Program-made: the position numbers and the translations under genes
DNA from: an uncultured Candidatus Entotheonella sp.
GTDB lineage: Bacteria > Tectomicrobia > Entotheonellia > Entotheonellales > Entotheonellaceae
Direction of reading: 5' to 3'
Assembly: GCA_965217185.1 (NCBI GenBank)
Contig: OZ244252.1
Span: forward strand, 2,176,001 to 2,240,000
Length of the DNA: 64,000 bases
Shown here: one piece after another, positions 49,787 through 62,488 of the stretch
Layout of the letters: every line of letters begins with the position of its first letter
Numbering within the stretch: the first letter of the stretch is position 1
Notes under the pieces: model-generated
Told to the model about the DNA's origin: nothing
Database searches by the model: none
Seen by the model: the letters and a program-made list of their open reading frames with translations, nothing else

Positions 49787-50035
49787 ACTGCGCTTAATTT
49801 GATCCCTCTATTGCCACGTTAATCGCAAGCCCCGGCCTCCCATGCATGAGAGGTTCGGCCAGCCAAATTCCATCCTTACTGACGAGGGCGTAAGACGTAT
49901 CGAATCTGAGGCCAGCCAGTATGGCCTTGCAAGCCCGCCTGAGTAGGTGGTTCCCAATCCCATTACACGCGCCATCTAGCGCTACGAACGCTCCCGCTGG
50001 TCCGTAGCGTTGCCGTGCCGAAGAAGGGCAACCCC

Positions 50036-53000
50036 ATGACCAAACCCGGCATTCCTCCCAAGCAAGGGCTTTACGACCCGCGTTACGAGCATGACGCTTG
50101 CGGCATCGGTTTTGTGGTCAACGTGAAAGGCAGAAAATCCCACGAAATCGTCGAGCAGGCACTCACGGTGCTCGAGAATCTTGACCATCGCGGCGCCTGT
50201 GGATGCGAGCCCAACACGGGGGACGGCGCCGGGATTTTGTTGCAAGTGCCGCACGCGTTCCTCCAGGACGCTTGTGCCGATATCGGCGTGGCGCTGCCGG
50301 CGCCGGGGCAGTACGGCATCGGCATGATCTTCCTGCCGCCCGACGCGCAGCAGCAACGGCAGTGCATGGCGCAATTGGAAAGCATTGTGGAGCGGGAAGG
50401 CCAGACGGTATTGGGCTGGCGCGACGTGCCCACCGTCAACGCCGACCTCGGCGCCACCGCCCTGTCGTGTGAACCGGCTATCAAACAGATATTCATTGGC
50501 CGGCACGCAAGCCTCTCGGACGATCTCGCCTTCGAACGCAAGCTGTACGTTATCCGCCGCAGCGCGGAGAATGCCATCCGCTACGGCAACATGCCGGGCG
50601 GTGATTTCTTCTATGTCGCCAGCCTTTCATATAAGACCTTCATCTACAAGGGCATGCTGACACCGCGGCAGGTCACGACCTACTTTCCCGATCTGTCCGA
50701 CCCGCGCGTCGAAACCGCCCTGGCGGTGGTCCACTCCCGCTTCAGCACCAACACGTTTCCAAGCTGGGAGCGCTCGCAGCCCTTTCGGTATCTGATTCAC
50801 AACGGCGAAATCAACACCCTGCGGGGCAACGAAAACTGGATGCACGCGCGCCAAGCCATGCTCGCTTCGGAGTTGTTCGGCGACGACCTGCCCAAGCTCT
50901 TCCCGGTTCTGCAGGGAGACGGCAGCGACTCCGCCATCTTCGACAATTGTCTGGAGTTTCTGGCTTTGGGCGGCCGGCCGCTGTCGCAGTCCATGATGAT
51001 GATGATCCCGGAACCGTGGGAAAACCACGAAAGCATGTCGGACGAAAAGAAGGCGTTTTACGAATACCACAGCAGCCTGATGGAGCCGTGGGACGGACCT
51101 GCCTCGATTGCCTTCACCGACGGGGTGCGGGTCGGCGCCGTACTCGACCGCAATGGCCTGCGGCCGTCGCGCTATTACGTCACCAAGGACGATCTGGTCA
51201 TCATGGCCTCCGAGGTTGGCGTCCTCGAGGTGGAGCCGGAGCGCGTCTTGCTGAAGCAGCGGCTGCAGCCGGGGCGCATGTTCCTGGTGGACACCGAACA
51301 GGGACGCATCATCAGCGACGAGGAAATCAAGCACACCGCCGCCATGGAACACCCGTACCGCCAGTGGCTGGACGACCATCTGGTGCGCTTCGACAAGCTG
51401 CCCGACGTGCCCGAGGAACCGCCCGTGCACGACCACGCGGCGACGCTGCAGCGGCAGCAGGCGTTTGGCTACAGCTTTGAGGACTTGCGCATCAATATCG
51501 GCCCCATGGCGGTGAACCAGATTCAGCCGGTGGGCTCGATGGGCACGGATACGCCGTTGGCCGTGCTGTCCGACAAGCCCCAACTCCTCTACAACTACTT
51601 TAAGCAACTCTTCGCGCAGGTCACCAACCCGCCGCTCGACCCCATCCGCGAAGAGTTGATCACCGCCACGACGCTGACCCTCGGTCCGGAGCGCAACTTG
51701 CTGCGCCCGGAGCCGGAAAACTGCCGGCAGATTCGCCTCAAGCTCCCCATCCTGACGAATGGCGAGATGGAGAAACTGCGCCGCTGCGGTGACATCGGAT
51801 TTCCCGCCGCTACCCTGCCCATCGTCTTCGAGGCAGCGGATGGTAAGGCTGGTCTGGAAGCGGCGTTGCAGGTTCTGTACCAAGCAGCGGACCAAGCCAT
51901 CGCCGACGGCGCCACGATGCTGATTCTCTCCGACAAGAACGTGGACCGCGAACACGCGCCGATCCCGGCGTTGCTGGCGTCGGCGGGTCTGCATCACCAC
52001 CTGATCCGCGAGGGCACACGGCGGCGCGTCGGACTGGTGCTCGAATCTGGTGAGCCGCGTGAGGTGCATCATTTCTGCCTGCTGCTCGGCTACGGCGTGC
52101 AGGCCATCAATCCGTACATGGCCTATGAATCCCTCAGCGACATGATCAGCGAGGGCATGCTCAAGGACATCACGTACGAAAAGGCGATCAGCGGCTACAT
52201 CAAGGGCGCCGTCAAGGGCGTCGTCAAGGTGATGTCCAAGATGGGCATTTCGACGATCCAGTCCTACTGCGGCGCGCAGATTTTCGAGGCGGTGGGCCTC
52301 AGCCAGGAACTCGTCGACGGGTATTTCACCTGGACGGCCTCGCGCGTCGGCGGCATCGGCCTGGAGCAAATCGCGCTTGAGGCGCAGCGGCAGCACGCCA
52401 GGGCCTTTCCGGCCATCCCGGTCAACGGTCACACGCTGGACGTGCACGGCCAATACCAGTACCGCAAGGACGGCGAGTTGCACCTGTTCAATCCCAGGAC
52501 CATCCACCTGTTACAGAAGGCCTGCCGTAACGAGGATTACGAGGTGTTCAAGTCCTATTCGGCACTGATCGATGATCAGTCCGAGCGGCTCGCCACCCTG
52601 CGCGGCCTGATGGAATTGAAGTTTGCCGCCGAGCCGGTCCCGTTGGATGAGGTCGAGCCGGCGGAAGAAATCGCCAAGCGCTTCAAGACGGGCGCCATGT
52701 CGTACGGCTCGATCAGCAAGGAAGCTCACGAGGCGCTGGCCATTGCCATGAATCGCATCGGCGGCAAGAGCAACACCGGCGAGGGCGGCGAGGACCCGGC
52801 GCGCTACGTGCCGGACCCGTCCGGCGATTCCCGTAACAGCGCCATCAAGCAAGTCGCCTCGGGGCGCTTTGGGGTGACCAGCTACTACCTGACGCAGGCC
52901 AAGGAACTGCAGATCAAGATGGCGCAGGGCGCCAAGCCCGGCGAGGGCGGCGAGTTGCCCGGACGCAAGGTCTATCCGTGGATCGCCAAGGTGCGGCTGT

Positions 53001-54637
53001 CGACGCCCGGCGTGGGTCTGATTTCGCCGCCGCCGCACCACGACATTTATTCGATCGAGGACCTGGCGCAACTGATCCACGACCTGAAGAACGCCAACCA
53101 CCACGCGCGCATCAGCGTCAAGCTGGTATCCGAGGTGGGGGTTGGCACCATCGCCGCCGGGGTTGCCAAAGGGCACGCCGACGTGGTGCTGATCAGCGGT
53201 CACGACGGCGGCACCGGCGCCTCGCCGCAGACCAGTATCAAGCATGCTGGGCTGCCGTGGGAACTTGGGCTCGCCGAGACGCACCAGACGCTGGTGCTGA
53301 ACGACTTGCGCAGCCGTATCGCGGTCGAAACGGACGGGCAGTTGAAAACCGGGCGCGACGTGGTGGTCGCCGCTCTACTCGGCGCGGAAGAGTTCGGCTT
53401 CGCCACCACGGCGCTGGTTTCCCTCGGTTGCATCATGATGCGGGTGTGCCATCTCGATACCTGCCCGGTGGGCGTCGCCACGCAGAACCCGGCGCTGCGC
53501 GAGAAATTTACCGGCGACCCGTCGCACGCCGTCAATTTCATGCGCTTTGTCGCCCAGGAAATGCGTGAGTTGATGGCCAAGCTCGGCTTTCGCACCGTCA
53601 ACGAGATGATCGGGCGTACGGACAAGATCGAAATGCGGCGCGCCTTGGAGCACTGGAAGGCAAGGGGGCTGGACTACTCCAGCATCTTGCATCAGCCGGA
53701 AGTGGGACCGGAGGTGGGCCGCTACTGCCAAATCCCTCAAGACCACGGCCTGGACCACTGCCTCGACAACCAAGTCCTCCTGGACTTGGCCAAGCCTGCT
53801 TTGGAACGCCGCGAAGCGGTCAAGAAAACCCTCCCCATCCACAACACGAACCGGGTCACCGGCACCATTCTCGGTAGCGAAGTAACCCGCCGTTATGGCC
53901 CGGAGGGGCTGCCCGAGGACACCATCCATTTGCATTTCCAGGGCTCGGCCGGTCAGAGTTTCGGCGCCTTCGTGCCGCCGGGCATGACCTTGGAACTCGA
54001 GGGCGACGCCAACGACTACTTCGGCAAGGGCCTGTCCGGCGGCAAGCTCATCCTCTATCCGCCCAAGGGCTCCACCTTTACGGCCGAGGACAGCATCATC
54101 GTCGGCAACGTGGCGTTCTACGGGGCGACTGGCGGTGAGGTGTACATCCGCGGCATGGCGGGCGAGCGCTTCTGCGTGCGCAACAGCGGCGTGCGCGCCG
54201 TCGTCGAAGCGGTCGGCGACCACGGCTGCGAATACATGACGGGCGGGCGGGTCGTCGTGCTTGGCTCCACGGGGCGCAACTTCGGCGCCGGCATGTCGGG
54301 CGGCGTCGCCTACGTGCTCGATGAGGCCGGCGACTTCGAGTCCCGCTGCAACTCGGAAACCGTCGCCCTCGAAAGTCTTGACGATGCTGACGAACGTGCC
54401 GAGGTCGAGGCGATGATCCGCCGCCACGCCGAGTACACCAAGAGCGAGCGCGCCTGGAAAATTCTGGCCTCCTGGGAAGACTACGCGCCGAAGTTCGTCA
54501 GGGTCATGCCGAAGGATTACCAGCGCATGCTCGACGCCGTTCGCCGTGCTGAGGCGGAGGGCCTCAGCGGCGAAGCGGCCGTCATGGAAGCGTTTGAAGC
54601 AAATAAAAACGACTTGGCTCGCGTCAGCGGAAATTAA
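50036..54637 (+). CDS. gltB: Glutamate synthase large subunit
   Basis: [61 protein letters not shown]. Confidence 0.98.
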   Translation: MTKPGIPPKQGLYDPRYEHDACGIGFVVNVKGRKSHEIVEQALTVLENLDHRGACGCEPNTGDGAGILLQVPHAFLQDACADIGVALPAPGQYGIGMIFLPPDAQQQRQCMAQLESIVEREGQTVLGWRDVPTVNADLGATALSCEPAIKQIFIGRHASLSDDLAFERKLYVIRRSAENAIRYGNMPGGDFFYVASLSYKTFIYKGMLTPRQVTTYFPDLSDPRVETALAVVHSRFSTNTFPSWERSQPFRYLIHNGEINTLRGNENWMHARQAMLASELFGDDLPKLFPVLQGDGSDSAIFDNCLEFLALGGRPLSQSMMMMIPEPWENHESMSDEKKAFYEYHSSLMEPWDGPASIAFTDGVRVGAVLDRNGLRPSRYYVTKDDLVIMASEVGVLEVEPERVLLKQRLQPGRMFLVDTEQGRIISDEEIKHTAAMEHPYRQWLDDHLVRFDKLPDVPEEPPVHDHAATLQRQQAFGYSFEDLRINIGPMAVNQIQPVGSMGTDTPLAVLSDKPQLLYNYFKQLFAQVTNPPLDPIREELITATTLTLGPERNLLRPEPENCRQIRLKLPILTNGEMEKLRRCGDIGFPAATLPIVFEAADGKAGLEAALQVLYQAADQAIADGATMLILSDKNVDREHAPIPALLASAGLHHHLIREGTRRRVGLVLESGEPREVHHFCLLLGYGVQAINPYMAYESLSDMISEGMLKDITYEKAISGYIKGAVKGVVKVMSKMGISTIQSYCGAQIFEAVGLSQELVDGYFTWTASRVGGIGLEQIALEAQRQHARAFPAIPVNGHTLDVHGQYQYRKDGELHLFNPRTIHLLQKACRNEDYEVFKSYSALIDDQSERLATLRGLMELKFAAEPVPLDEVEPAEEIAKRFKTGAMSYGSISKEAHEALAIAMNRIGGKSNTGEGGEDPARYVPDPSGDSRNSAIKQVASGRFGVTSYYLTQAKELQIKMAQGAKPGEGGELPGRKVYPWIAKVRLSTPGVGLISPPPHHDIYSIEDLAQLIHDLKNANHHARISVKLVSEVGVGTIAAGVAKGHADVVLISGHDGGTGASPQTSIKHAGLPWELGLAETHQTLVLNDLRSRIAVETDGQLKTGRDVVVAALLGAEEFGFATTALVSLGCIMMRVCHLDTCPVGVATQNPALREKFTGDPSHAVNFMRFVAQEMRELMAKLGFRTVNEMIGRTDKIEMRRALEHWKARGLDYSSILHQPEVGPEVGRYCQIPQDHGLDHCLDNQVLLDLAKPALERREAVKKTLPIHNTNRVTGTILGSEVTRRYGPEGLPEDTIHLHFQGSAGQSFGAFVPPGMTLELEGDANDYFGKGLSGGKLILYPPKGSTFTAEDSIIVGNVAFYGATGGEVYIRGMAGERFCVRNSGVRAVVEAVGDHGCEYMTGGRVVVLGSTGRNFGAGMSGGVAYVLDEAGDFESRCNSETVALESLDDADERAEVEAMIRRHAEYTKSERAWKILASWEDYAPKFVRVMPKDYQRMLDAVRRAEAEGLSGEAAVMEAFEANKNDLARVSGN

Positions 54638-54669
54638 GTGCAGGGCAGTGGATTGCTGAAGGAGACGTA

Positions 54670-56154
54670 GTGGGTAAGCCGACCGGATTCATGGAATATC
54701 AACGCGAATTGCCTGTGGATCGTTCCCCGCGCGAACGGGTCAAGGATTGGCAGGAATTCCACGAACACTTCCCGATCGGGAAGCTGGAGGATCAGGCCAG
54801 CCGCTGCATGGATTGCGGCATTCCCTTCTGCCACACCGGTGCCTTGATCAGCGGCATGGCGTCGGGTTGTCCGATCAATAACCTCATCCCGGAGTGGAAC
54901 GACCTGGTTTACCGCGGCCTGTGGCGGGAGGCCCTGGAACGCCTCCACAAGACCAACAATTTCCCTGAATTTACGGGCCGCGTCTGCCCGGCGCCCTGCG
55001 AGGGGTCCTGCGTGCTGGGGATTACCGATCCGCCGGTGACGATCAAAAACATTGAGTGCCAGATTATCGACAAGGGCTTTGAAGAAGGCTGGGTGACGCC
55101 GCAGCCGCCCGGGAAACGCACCGGCAAGCGGGTCGCGGTGATCGGCTCGGGGCCCTCGGGGCTGTCGTGCGCCGCGCAATTGAACCGCGCCGGGCACCTG
55201 GTCACCGTGTACGAGCGCGCCGACCGCATCGGCGGGCTCTTGATGTACGGTATCCCGAACATGAAGCTCGACAAGAGCATCGTGCAGCGTCGTGTCGACC
55301 TGCTGGCTCAGGAGGGCATCACGTTTGTCACCAATACCGCCGTTGGCGTTGATATCCCGGCGATGGCCATCCTCCAGGATTCGGACGCGATGGTGCTGTG
55401 TTGTGGCGCGACAAAACCGCGTGACCTGCCGATTCCGGGCCGCGACCTGAAGGGCATCCACTTCGCCATGGAGTTCCTGCACGCCAACACCAAGAGCCTG
55501 CTCGATTCCGACCACGCCGATCAGAACTATATCTCGGCCCGCGACAAGCACATCATCGTCATCGGCGGCGGCGATACCGGCACGGACTGTGTGGGTACTT
55601 CAATGCGGCACCAGTGCATGAGTCTGGAGCAGTTCGAGATCCTGTCGCGCCCGCCGGACGAGCGCCCGTCGAACAACCCGTGGCCGGAATGGCCGCGCAT
55701 TTACCGGGTGGATTACGGGCAGGAAGAGGGCGCGGCGCGCTTCGGCAATGACCCGCGCACGTTCGACATCATGACGGAGGAATTCGTCGGCGATGCGGAC
55801 GGCAACGTCAAGGAGTTGCACACCGCGCAGGTCACCTGGGGCACCGATGCCAACGGTCGCTTCGGTCCGCAGAAGGTTCCCGGCACCGAGAAAGTCTGGC
55901 CGGCCGATCTCGTGCTGTTGGCCCTGGGCTTTCTGGGCCCGGAGGATAAGATCGTCGAGGAACTCGAACTCGAACGCGACGGCCGCTCGAACGTCAAGGC
56001 CGAATACGGCAGATATGCCACCAGCGTCGAGGGTGTATTCAGCGCCGGCGACATGCGCCGCGGGCAGAGCCTGGTGGTATGGGCGTTCAACGAAGGGCGT
56101 GGCGCCGCCAGAGCGTGCGACGAATATCTGATGAAGACGACGAACTTGCCGTAA
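54670..56154 (+). CDS. gltD: Glutamate synthase small subunit
   Basis: [48 protein letters not shown]. Confidence 0.97.
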   Translation: MGKPTGFMEYQRELPVDRSPRERVKDWQEFHEHFPIGKLEDQASRCMDCGIPFCHTGALISGMASGCPINNLIPEWNDLVYRGLWREALERLHKTNNFPEFTGRVCPAPCEGSCVLGITDPPVTIKNIECQIIDKGFEEGWVTPQPPGKRTGKRVAVIGSGPSGLSCAAQLNRAGHLVTVYERADRIGGLLMYGIPNMKLDKSIVQRRVDLLAQEGITFVTNTAVGVDIPAMAILQDSDAMVLCCGATKPRDLPIPGRDLKGIHFAMEFLHANTKSLLDSDHADQNYISARDKHIIVIGGGDTGTDCVGTSMRHQCMSLEQFEILSRPPDERPSNNPWPEWPRIYRVDYGQEEGAARFGNDPRTFDIMTEEFVGDADGNVKELHTAQVTWGTDANGRFGPQKVPGTEKVWPADLVLLALGFLGPEDKIVEELELERDGRSNVKAEYGRYATSVEGVFSAGDMRRGQSLVVWAFNEGRGAARACDEYLMKTTNLP

Positions 56155-56185
56155 GTGCAAAACCGCTTGCCAAGGAAGGGGAACG

Positions 56186-57280
56186 ATGCGCAGGGCCAAG
56201 ATTCTAGCCACAGGCATGTATGTGCCGGACGACGTGGTAACCAACGACCTCCTCGCTCAGGTCATGGACACCAGCGATGAATGGATCACCCAGCGCAGCG
56301 GCATCAAGGAGCGCCGGGTAATCCCCGATACGTACCGGATGCTGACGCAATTGGCCGCCGCTCCTGACAAGGAGGCGTATCTGCAAACCCTCTACGACAC
56401 CGGCATCGACGGCAGAATCGGCGCCCAAATGTCCACTGCGGACCTGGCCTTCAACGCTACCCAGGTCGCCCTGCGGCAGGCCAACATGAAGCCCCAGGAC
56501 CTCGACCTGATCATCCAGACCAGTGTGATGTCGGATTACGTCTTCCCCGGCAGTGCCTGCGTGCTGGCTGACAAGCTGGGCCTCACCTCGACGCCGACGT
56601 TCAGCCTCAATCAGGGCTGCGCCGGATTTGTCTATGCGCTGTCCATGGCGGACCAATACGTCAAGACCGGCATGTATGACACGGTGCTCGTGCTGGGCGC
56701 CGAGGTCCTGTCGTCGCTCTTCGAGTACAGCGACCGCGGCCGCGACATGTCGGTGCTGTTTGCCGACGGTGCCGGGGCGGCAATCGTGGTGCCGGCCGAG
56801 GACGACGAGCCCAGCGGCCTGCTGTCGCACCATCTGCACACCGACGGCACACTGCTCGACAAGCTGTATGCCGACACCTTCGGCAGTTCGACGTTCCCGC
56901 CCGCGGCCAAGGCCCGCATTGATACCGACCGCGCCCGACCGCGCATGGCGGGGCGGGTTGTATTCGCGCAGGCCGTGCGGCGTTTCCGGGAGGTCATTCG
57001 CGAATGCCTGGAAGCCAACAAGATGCAGCTCGATGAGGTTGATCATTTCCTGTTTCACCAGGCCAACCAGCGCATCATCGACGCCATCGCCGATAGCCTC
57101 GGCATTCCCTCCGAAAAGGCCTATACCAACATCCGCAAGTATGGCAACACCTCCGCTGCTTCCGTGCCGATTCTGCTCCACGAAACCCTGCAGGAGGGCC
57201 GTATCCAACGCGGTGACTTGTGCCTGCTGGCCGCCTTTGGAACCGGTTTCAACTGGGGGGCGTCGCTCCTCCATTGGTAG
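56186..57280 (+). CDS. 3-oxoacyl-ACP synthase III (FabH-like)
   Basis: DTSDEWI.QRSGI.ERR, GCAGF, FHQAN.RI, YGNTSAAS, FGTGFNWG. Confidence 0.92.
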   Translation: MRRAKILATGMYVPDDVVTNDLLAQVMDTSDEWITQRSGIKERRVIPDTYRMLTQLAAAPDKEAYLQTLYDTGIDGRIGAQMSTADLAFNATQVALRQANMKPQDLDLIIQTSVMSDYVFPGSACVLADKLGLTSTPTFSLNQGCAGFVYALSMADQYVKTGMYDTVLVLGAEVLSSLFEYSDRGRDMSVLFADGAGAAIVVPAEDDEPSGLLSHHLHTDGTLLDKLYADTFGSSTFPPAAKARIDTDRARPRMAGRVVFAQAVRRFREVIRECLEANKMQLDEVDHFLFHQANQRIIDAIADSLGIPSEKAYTNIRKYGNTSAASVPILLHETLQEGRIQRGDLCLLAAFGTGFNWGASLLHW

Positions 57281-57375
57281 AAATGCAGCAATTCGGGATG
57301 CGTAGATCGCGCCGACGGGTTATTCTCCGCATGCATCGCTGTTATTCGTGACTGCGTTCAGGGAGGACCCCACCG

Positions 57376-59748
57376 ATGCCGGCTGAGCACCCCACATACC
57401 CTGTTTTGCCCCTCAAAAGCACCGTCCTATTTCCTCACATCCTGCTGCCCGTTGCGGTCGGGCGACCCATGTCGGTGGCCGCTGCCGAAGCCACCCTGGC
57501 CTCGGAAGACAAGCGTCTAGTTGCCGCCGTGCAACGTGACCCGCAGACCCAGGCGCCTGGACTCGCGGACCTGTACCCCACGGCGACCCTGGCGGTGGTC
57601 AAGCGCGTCATCCAGCGTCACGAAAACGTTCTGCAACTCGTTCTGCAAGGCGTCGAGCGTGTCGAACTGCTTCACGACGTCGAATCCAGCGACTACATGC
57701 GCGTCGCCGTGCGTCCGCTGACCGAGCCCGAGGACAACTCCACCGAAGTCACCGCCCTGTTTCGCAACATCCAGGACTTGGTGCGGCAGGCGGTCCAGTA
57801 CCTGGATACGATTCCCGAGGATATGGCGAATTTGCTCATCAATACGGTGGAACCCGTCAAGCTGGCTTACCTGATCGCTACCGTGCTCAACATCGACACC
57901 CAGCAGGAAATCGAGTTGTTGACGACGGACAACCTGCGTTCCCTTCTGGAGCAGATCGCGGAACACCTGTCGCGCGAGGTGCAAATCCTCAGCCTGCGCC
58001 GCAAGATCGCCGGCGAGACGCAAGTGGAACTCGACAAGGCACAGCGGGAGTACGTGTTGCGGCAGCAACTCAGGCAGATCAAGAAGGAACTCGGTGAAGA
58101 CGAAGACCAGGACGACGTGGACGTGCTGCGTGAACGCCTGGCGGAAACGGAACTGCCGGACGAGGTGCGCAAGGAGCTTGAGCGTGAGGTATCGCGGTTG
58201 CAGCGGCTGTCGCCGATGGCGCCGGACCATCAGCTGCTGCGCAGTTATCTCGAGTTTGCTCTGGAGTTGCCATGGACTGCGGCAACGGTTGACCAACTCG
58301 ACCTGAAACGGGCGCAGGACATTTTGAACGAGGACCACTTCGGGCTGGATGACATCAAGGATCGCATCATCGAACACCTGGCCGTGATGCAGCTCAAGCC
58401 GGAATCTCCGAGCCCGATTCTGTGCTTCGTAGGGCCGCCGGGTGTCGGCAAGACCAGCCTGGGGCACTCCATCGCGCGGGCGCTGGAGCGGCGTTTCGAG
58501 CGGTTCTCCCTCGGCGGCGTGCACGATGAAGCCGAGTTGCGGGGGCACCGCCGCACCTACATCGGCTCGCTGCCCGGCCGCATCCTGCAGGCTATCCGGC
58601 GCTCGGAAGTGCGCAACCCAGTCCTGATGCTCGACGAGGTCGACAAGCTCGGACGGGATTTTCGCGGTGACCCGGCTGCTGCCTTGCTGGAGATTCTCGA
58701 CCCCGCCCAGAACCACACGTTCCGAGATCACTACCTCGACCTGCCGTTTGATCTGTCGAAGGTGTTTTTCATCTGCACGGCAAATACCCTCGAAACGATT
58801 CCTGCGCCGCTTATCGACCGCCTGGAAATCTTGACGCTGGCGGGCTACAGCGCCGAGGAAAAACTGGAAATCGCCTGGCGTTACCTCTTGCCTCGGCAAG
58901 TGGAACGAAACGGCCTGACGGCTAAGCAATTGCCGCTGAGCGCGGCGGCCCTGCGAACCATCATCGACCACTACACGCACGAGGCCGGGGTGCGCCAACT
59001 CGAGCGCATGGTCGGCCAAGTGGCGCGCAAAATCGCCCGCCAAGTAGCCATGCAGGAGACGCTGCGCGAAAGCCTGGAGGCGGACGATCTGGACGACCTG
59101 TTGGGGCCGGAGACGCACCTGCTGGAGGAAGCCCGCCAGAACCTGGCGCCCGGCGTCGCCGCCGGCTTGGCGGTTACCCCGGCAGGGGGAGACGTGTTGT
59201 ACATCGAGGCGCAGTTGCTCCCAGGGGGTAAGGGGCTGACGCTGACCGGGCAGCTCGGCGAGGTGATGCGCGAATCGGCAGAGATCGCCCGCGATCTTCT
59301 CTGGTCCGCCGCCGGACGCCTGGACATTCAGGCCAAAAACTTTGAGACCAACGGCATGCACGTGCACGTGCCCGCCGGCGCCATCCCCAAGGACGGCCCT
59401 TCGGCGGGTATCGCCGTGGCCGCCGCCTTGACCTCGCTGCTGACCCATACACCTGTGCGCTCGGATACCGCCATGACCGGTGAGATCACCCTGGCCGGGC
59501 TGGTACTGCCCGTCGGCGGGGTAAAGGAAAAGGTCCTGGCGGCGCGCCGTGCCGGTTTTCGGCGGGTCATCCTGCCCAAAGCCAATGCCAAGGACCTGCG
59601 CAAACTTCCCGATGCAGTACGTGACGAAATGGAATTTCTTCTGGCCGAGCAGTTCGACGACGTCATTCGCAACGCCATCCCCGACCTGGAACTGGCCGAC
59701 CTTTCCAAGGACCTGCCGGCATGGATGTCGGAACAAGCAGGCGGATGA
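57376..59748 (+). CDS. lon: ATP-dependent Lon protease
   Basis: GPPGVGKTS, RRTYIG, DEVDK, PKDGPSAG, GGVKEK. Confidence 0.96.
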   Translation: MPAEHPTYPVLPLKSTVLFPHILLPVAVGRPMSVAAAEATLASEDKRLVAAVQRDPQTQAPGLADLYPTATLAVVKRVIQRHENVLQLVLQGVERVELLHDVESSDYMRVAVRPLTEPEDNSTEVTALFRNIQDLVRQAVQYLDTIPEDMANLLINTVEPVKLAYLIATVLNIDTQQEIELLTTDNLRSLLEQIAEHLSREVQILSLRRKIAGETQVELDKAQREYVLRQQLRQIKKELGEDEDQDDVDVLRERLAETELPDEVRKELEREVSRLQRLSPMAPDHQLLRSYLEFALELPWTAATVDQLDLKRAQDILNEDHFGLDDIKDRIIEHLAVMQLKPESPSPILCFVGPPGVGKTSLGHSIARALERRFERFSLGGVHDEAELRGHRRTYIGSLPGRILQAIRRSEVRNPVLMLDEVDKLGRDFRGDPAAALLEILDPAQNHTFRDHYLDLPFDLSKVFFICTANTLETIPAPLIDRLEILTLAGYSAEEKLEIAWRYLLPRQVERNGLTAKQLPLSAAALRTIIDHYTHEAGVRQLERMVGQVARKIARQVAMQETLRESLEADDLDDLLGPETHLLEEARQNLAPGVAAGLAVTPAGGDVLYIEAQLLPGGKGLTLTGQLGEVMRESAEIARDLLWSAAGRLDIQAKNFETNGMHVHVPAGAIPKDGPSAGIAVAAALTSLLTHTPVRSDTAMTGEITLAGLVLPVGGVKEKVLAARRAGFRRVILPKANAKDLRKLPDAVRDEMEFLLAEQFDDVIRNAIPDLELADLSKDLPAWMSEQAGG

Positions 59749-60157
59749 CGAGCATCTGATCAGACCCGTCGATTTCCTAGTGGACACCGGGGCCCTTCTC
59801 CTTTGCGTTCCGGAACATGTTGCGGTTCAACTCGGGCTGGCGGAGTTGGAGAAGCGCGAAGTGACGACTGCCGATGGGACAACGCATTTGGCACCCTACG
59901 TATGGCCTGTCCTGATGAAGCTCGAAAACCGACAATGTCTGACCGGCTCACTGATGCTCGGCGATGAAGTGCTCTTGGGCACGGTTCCGATGGAGAATAT
60001 GGACGTACTGGTGTCTACGGCGACGCGGACGCTTATCATGAAACCCGAGAGTCCCAATTTTGCCAAGGCTATCGTGAAGGCCGTGGCCCGCAGGTTTCTC
60101 TGCTATTGGCGGCAAACCAGTAGGGGCACATGGGCACGTGGTTTGGGGGACTTCTGA
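59745..60157 (+). pseudogene. Clan AA aspartic protease remnant lacking its N-terminus
   Basis: FLVDTGA..LCVPEHVA.QLGL...VTTADG...DEVLLG.VPME.MD; no in-frame start or RBS; abuts the lon stop. Confidence 0.65.
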
Positions 60158-60185
60158 ACAAGCTGGCGATATAAGGGAACTCCCT

Positions 60186-61500
60186 GTGAAACTGGATCTC
60201 GTGACGATTGAGAACTACCGGGCTATCGACTATCTGGCTCTGCCGCTTGATCCTTCCCTGACTGTTCTTCACGGCGACAACGCGCATGGCAAGACCAGCG
60301 TTCTCAGCGCGATCGCCGTGGGGCTCGGCAATATCCCAACGCTATTACCCGAGGTCTCCGGCATCAGGTTCCTTAAGACCGACCGGCGCGGCTTCTTGCC
60401 TCCACGGGTCGCATTGTGGGCCACAAACGGAATCGCGTGGGAGACACGAACGAATGCACCGGAAGCTGCCAGCGACCAGCCGACCTTGTTCAGCGAGAAC
60501 CCACAACCGGAGATAATCGACCGACGGGCATTGAAGCGCGCAATGGACGCCATCGTCAGCGCCGACCGAGAGGGTGCTGAACCGCTCACGCTTCCCATCG
60601 TTGCCTTTTATGACGCCAACCGAGCCGTGTTCGACTCGCCACAACGGCGCAGCGGTTTCAAGAGCGAGTTCTCGCGCTACGCTGGCCTGGAAGGCGCGCT
60701 GTCCGTCCGGACCAACTTCAGGGAGTTCTTCGAGTGGTTTTACGCCCAGGAGAACGAGGAGTTGCGGGAACAGAAGGCGCGGCGGGACTTCGACTTCCGG
60801 CTGAAGGATCTGAGTGCCGTGCGCACCGCACTCGCAGGTATGGTGCAAGGTGTATCCGACCCCCGTATCCAGACCAGCCCCCTCCGATTCGTCGTTTCCG
60901 TCGAGTCGGACGGGAAGACGGCAACGCTGGCGCTGGATCAACTGAGCGGCGGCGTTCGCATCATGCTGGCGCTTGCCGGCCGATCTCGCACGGCGAATGG
61001 CGCAGGGCAACTCGCACCTCGACAATCCCCTTGAGTCGGAAGCCATCGTCTTGATCGACGAGGTGGAGTTACATCTGCACCCGGCCTGGCAGCAGCGGGT
61101 GCTAGCAGACCTCACGCGCACATTCCCAAACGCCCAATTCATCGTGTCTGCTCACAGCCCACAGGTGTTGACCACGATAAAGCCAGAGCAAATCGTGGAA
61201 CTTCGCCTGGAATCGGGCGGCGTCGTTGCCGAGCAGACATCCGCAGCGACCTATGGTGCTGAAGCCGGCGACGTGCTCACTACGGTGATGGATGTGAAAG
61301 AGCGGCCAGACGGCAATGAGTTCGTGGGCGCCCTGGAAGGCTATATGGCCCTTGTCGGTGATGGCAGCGGCGAGTCCGAAGAGGCCGTGTCTCTTAGACA
61401 CCTGCTCGAAAGCCTCTCGCCGCACGACCCTGCGCTTGACAGAGCCGATATCGAGATCCGGCGACGGAAGCTGCTGAAAGGTATGGGCAAATTGCATTGA
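60186..61500 (+). pseudogene. AAA/ABC ATPase of Septu PtuA / retron-effector type, frameshifted at about 60978
   Basis: GDNAHGKT Walker A, LSGG signature, then +1 frame ADLARRM...IVLIDEVELHLHPAWQQ...FPNAQFIVSAHSPQV. Confidence 0.8.
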
Positions 61501-62240
61501 AGCGAATTCGAACCTTGGAGGGACCCACCCCCGGTCCCGCCCGCTATCTCGCTCACGCGGGAGCGGAGGCAACTTGGGAGAGGTTTCGCCGAAATCAGGA
61601 TCATCGCCATGAGCTTGCCGAGGCGCTAGCGTACCTTCAGCGCCGGCTTTGCGGGTATTGCGAGATCAACCTCAGGGAAGGCGACCGACAGATCGAACAC
61701 GTCATTCCGCGGAGTGACCCAAAGCACGGTGTGGCGCGTGCCCTTGATCCTGCCAACCTGATCGTCTGCTGTCTCGGCGGGACGAGGAAGGCCGACGACG
61801 AACACTCCTTGCCAACCACGCCGGCTAGTGTCAGTTGCGGACAAGATAAAACCAATTCCGCAAACCCGGACTTTATCGACCCCAGAACGTTACCAGCGTT
61901 ACCGGCGCTGACACGGGTACGTTATGACGGTCGCATTGAGGCCGACCAGGATGTCTGCGAAAGAGTCGGCTTTTCCGCCAAAGCGATAAACAAGACCATC
62001 AACACCCTCGGGCTGAACGTCGAACGCTTACGGATTGCGCGGGAAAAACGCTGGCGTCGCCTTGTCGACGCGTGGCAAGAGCACCACAGCGACCCTGCGG
62101 TAATGGAGGCCGCTGCGCGCAGTGAATTGCTGTCTTCTTCGGATGAGGGTAGCTTGCCTCGGTTCTTCACCGCTAGCCGCTCGTATTTCGCCGAGCTGGG
62201 CGAGCGCATCCTGGCAGAGAATCCCGCAGCGTGGGTGTGA
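61497..62240 (+). CDS. HNH endonuclease of Septu PtuB / retron-associated type
   Basis: Q..LCGYCE...IEHVIPRS...NL..CC...SCG..K; overlaps the ATPase stop. Confidence 0.85.
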   Translation: MKRIRTLEGPTPGPARYLAHAGAEATWERFRRNQDHRHELAEALAYLQRRLCGYCEINLREGDRQIEHVIPRSDPKHGVARALDPANLIVCCLGGTRKADDEHSLPTTPASVSCGQDKTNSANPDFIDPRTLPALPALTRVRYDGRIEADQDVCERVGFSAKAINKTINTLGLNVERLRIAREKRWRRLVDAWQEHHSDPAVMEAAARSELLSSSDEGSLPRFFTASRSYFAELGERILAENPAAWV

Positions 62241-62488
62241 ACGAAGCCCGTAGGCTCGGCCGATCCTCAAGCGTGATGACCGGAAAGGAGGGCATCATAA
62301 TATCGGTCATCTCATGAAGAGACCGACCCACATGGTACTGTGACCTTCCAGCTTCGGGATGCAAGCCATCCGGGTCCGAAAGTTATCTCTCGTGCCAACT
62401 GGCAGTTGCTGGCACCTGGTGTGGCAGAAATCCGGCTCAGACCTATCTCGGTGCCGGTCCAGGGCACAACCTCCCAACGTTTCCGCCC

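Noticed and set aside
49879..49905. Hammerhead ribozyme core (CTGACGA...GAA)
   Set aside because: GAAT instead of GAAA, weak stem II and no convincing stems I and III
12298..59787. Long antisense ORFs (e.g. 12298-13854, 50627-52507, 57517-59787)
   Set aside because: Shadow frames of high-GC genes with no recognisable motifs
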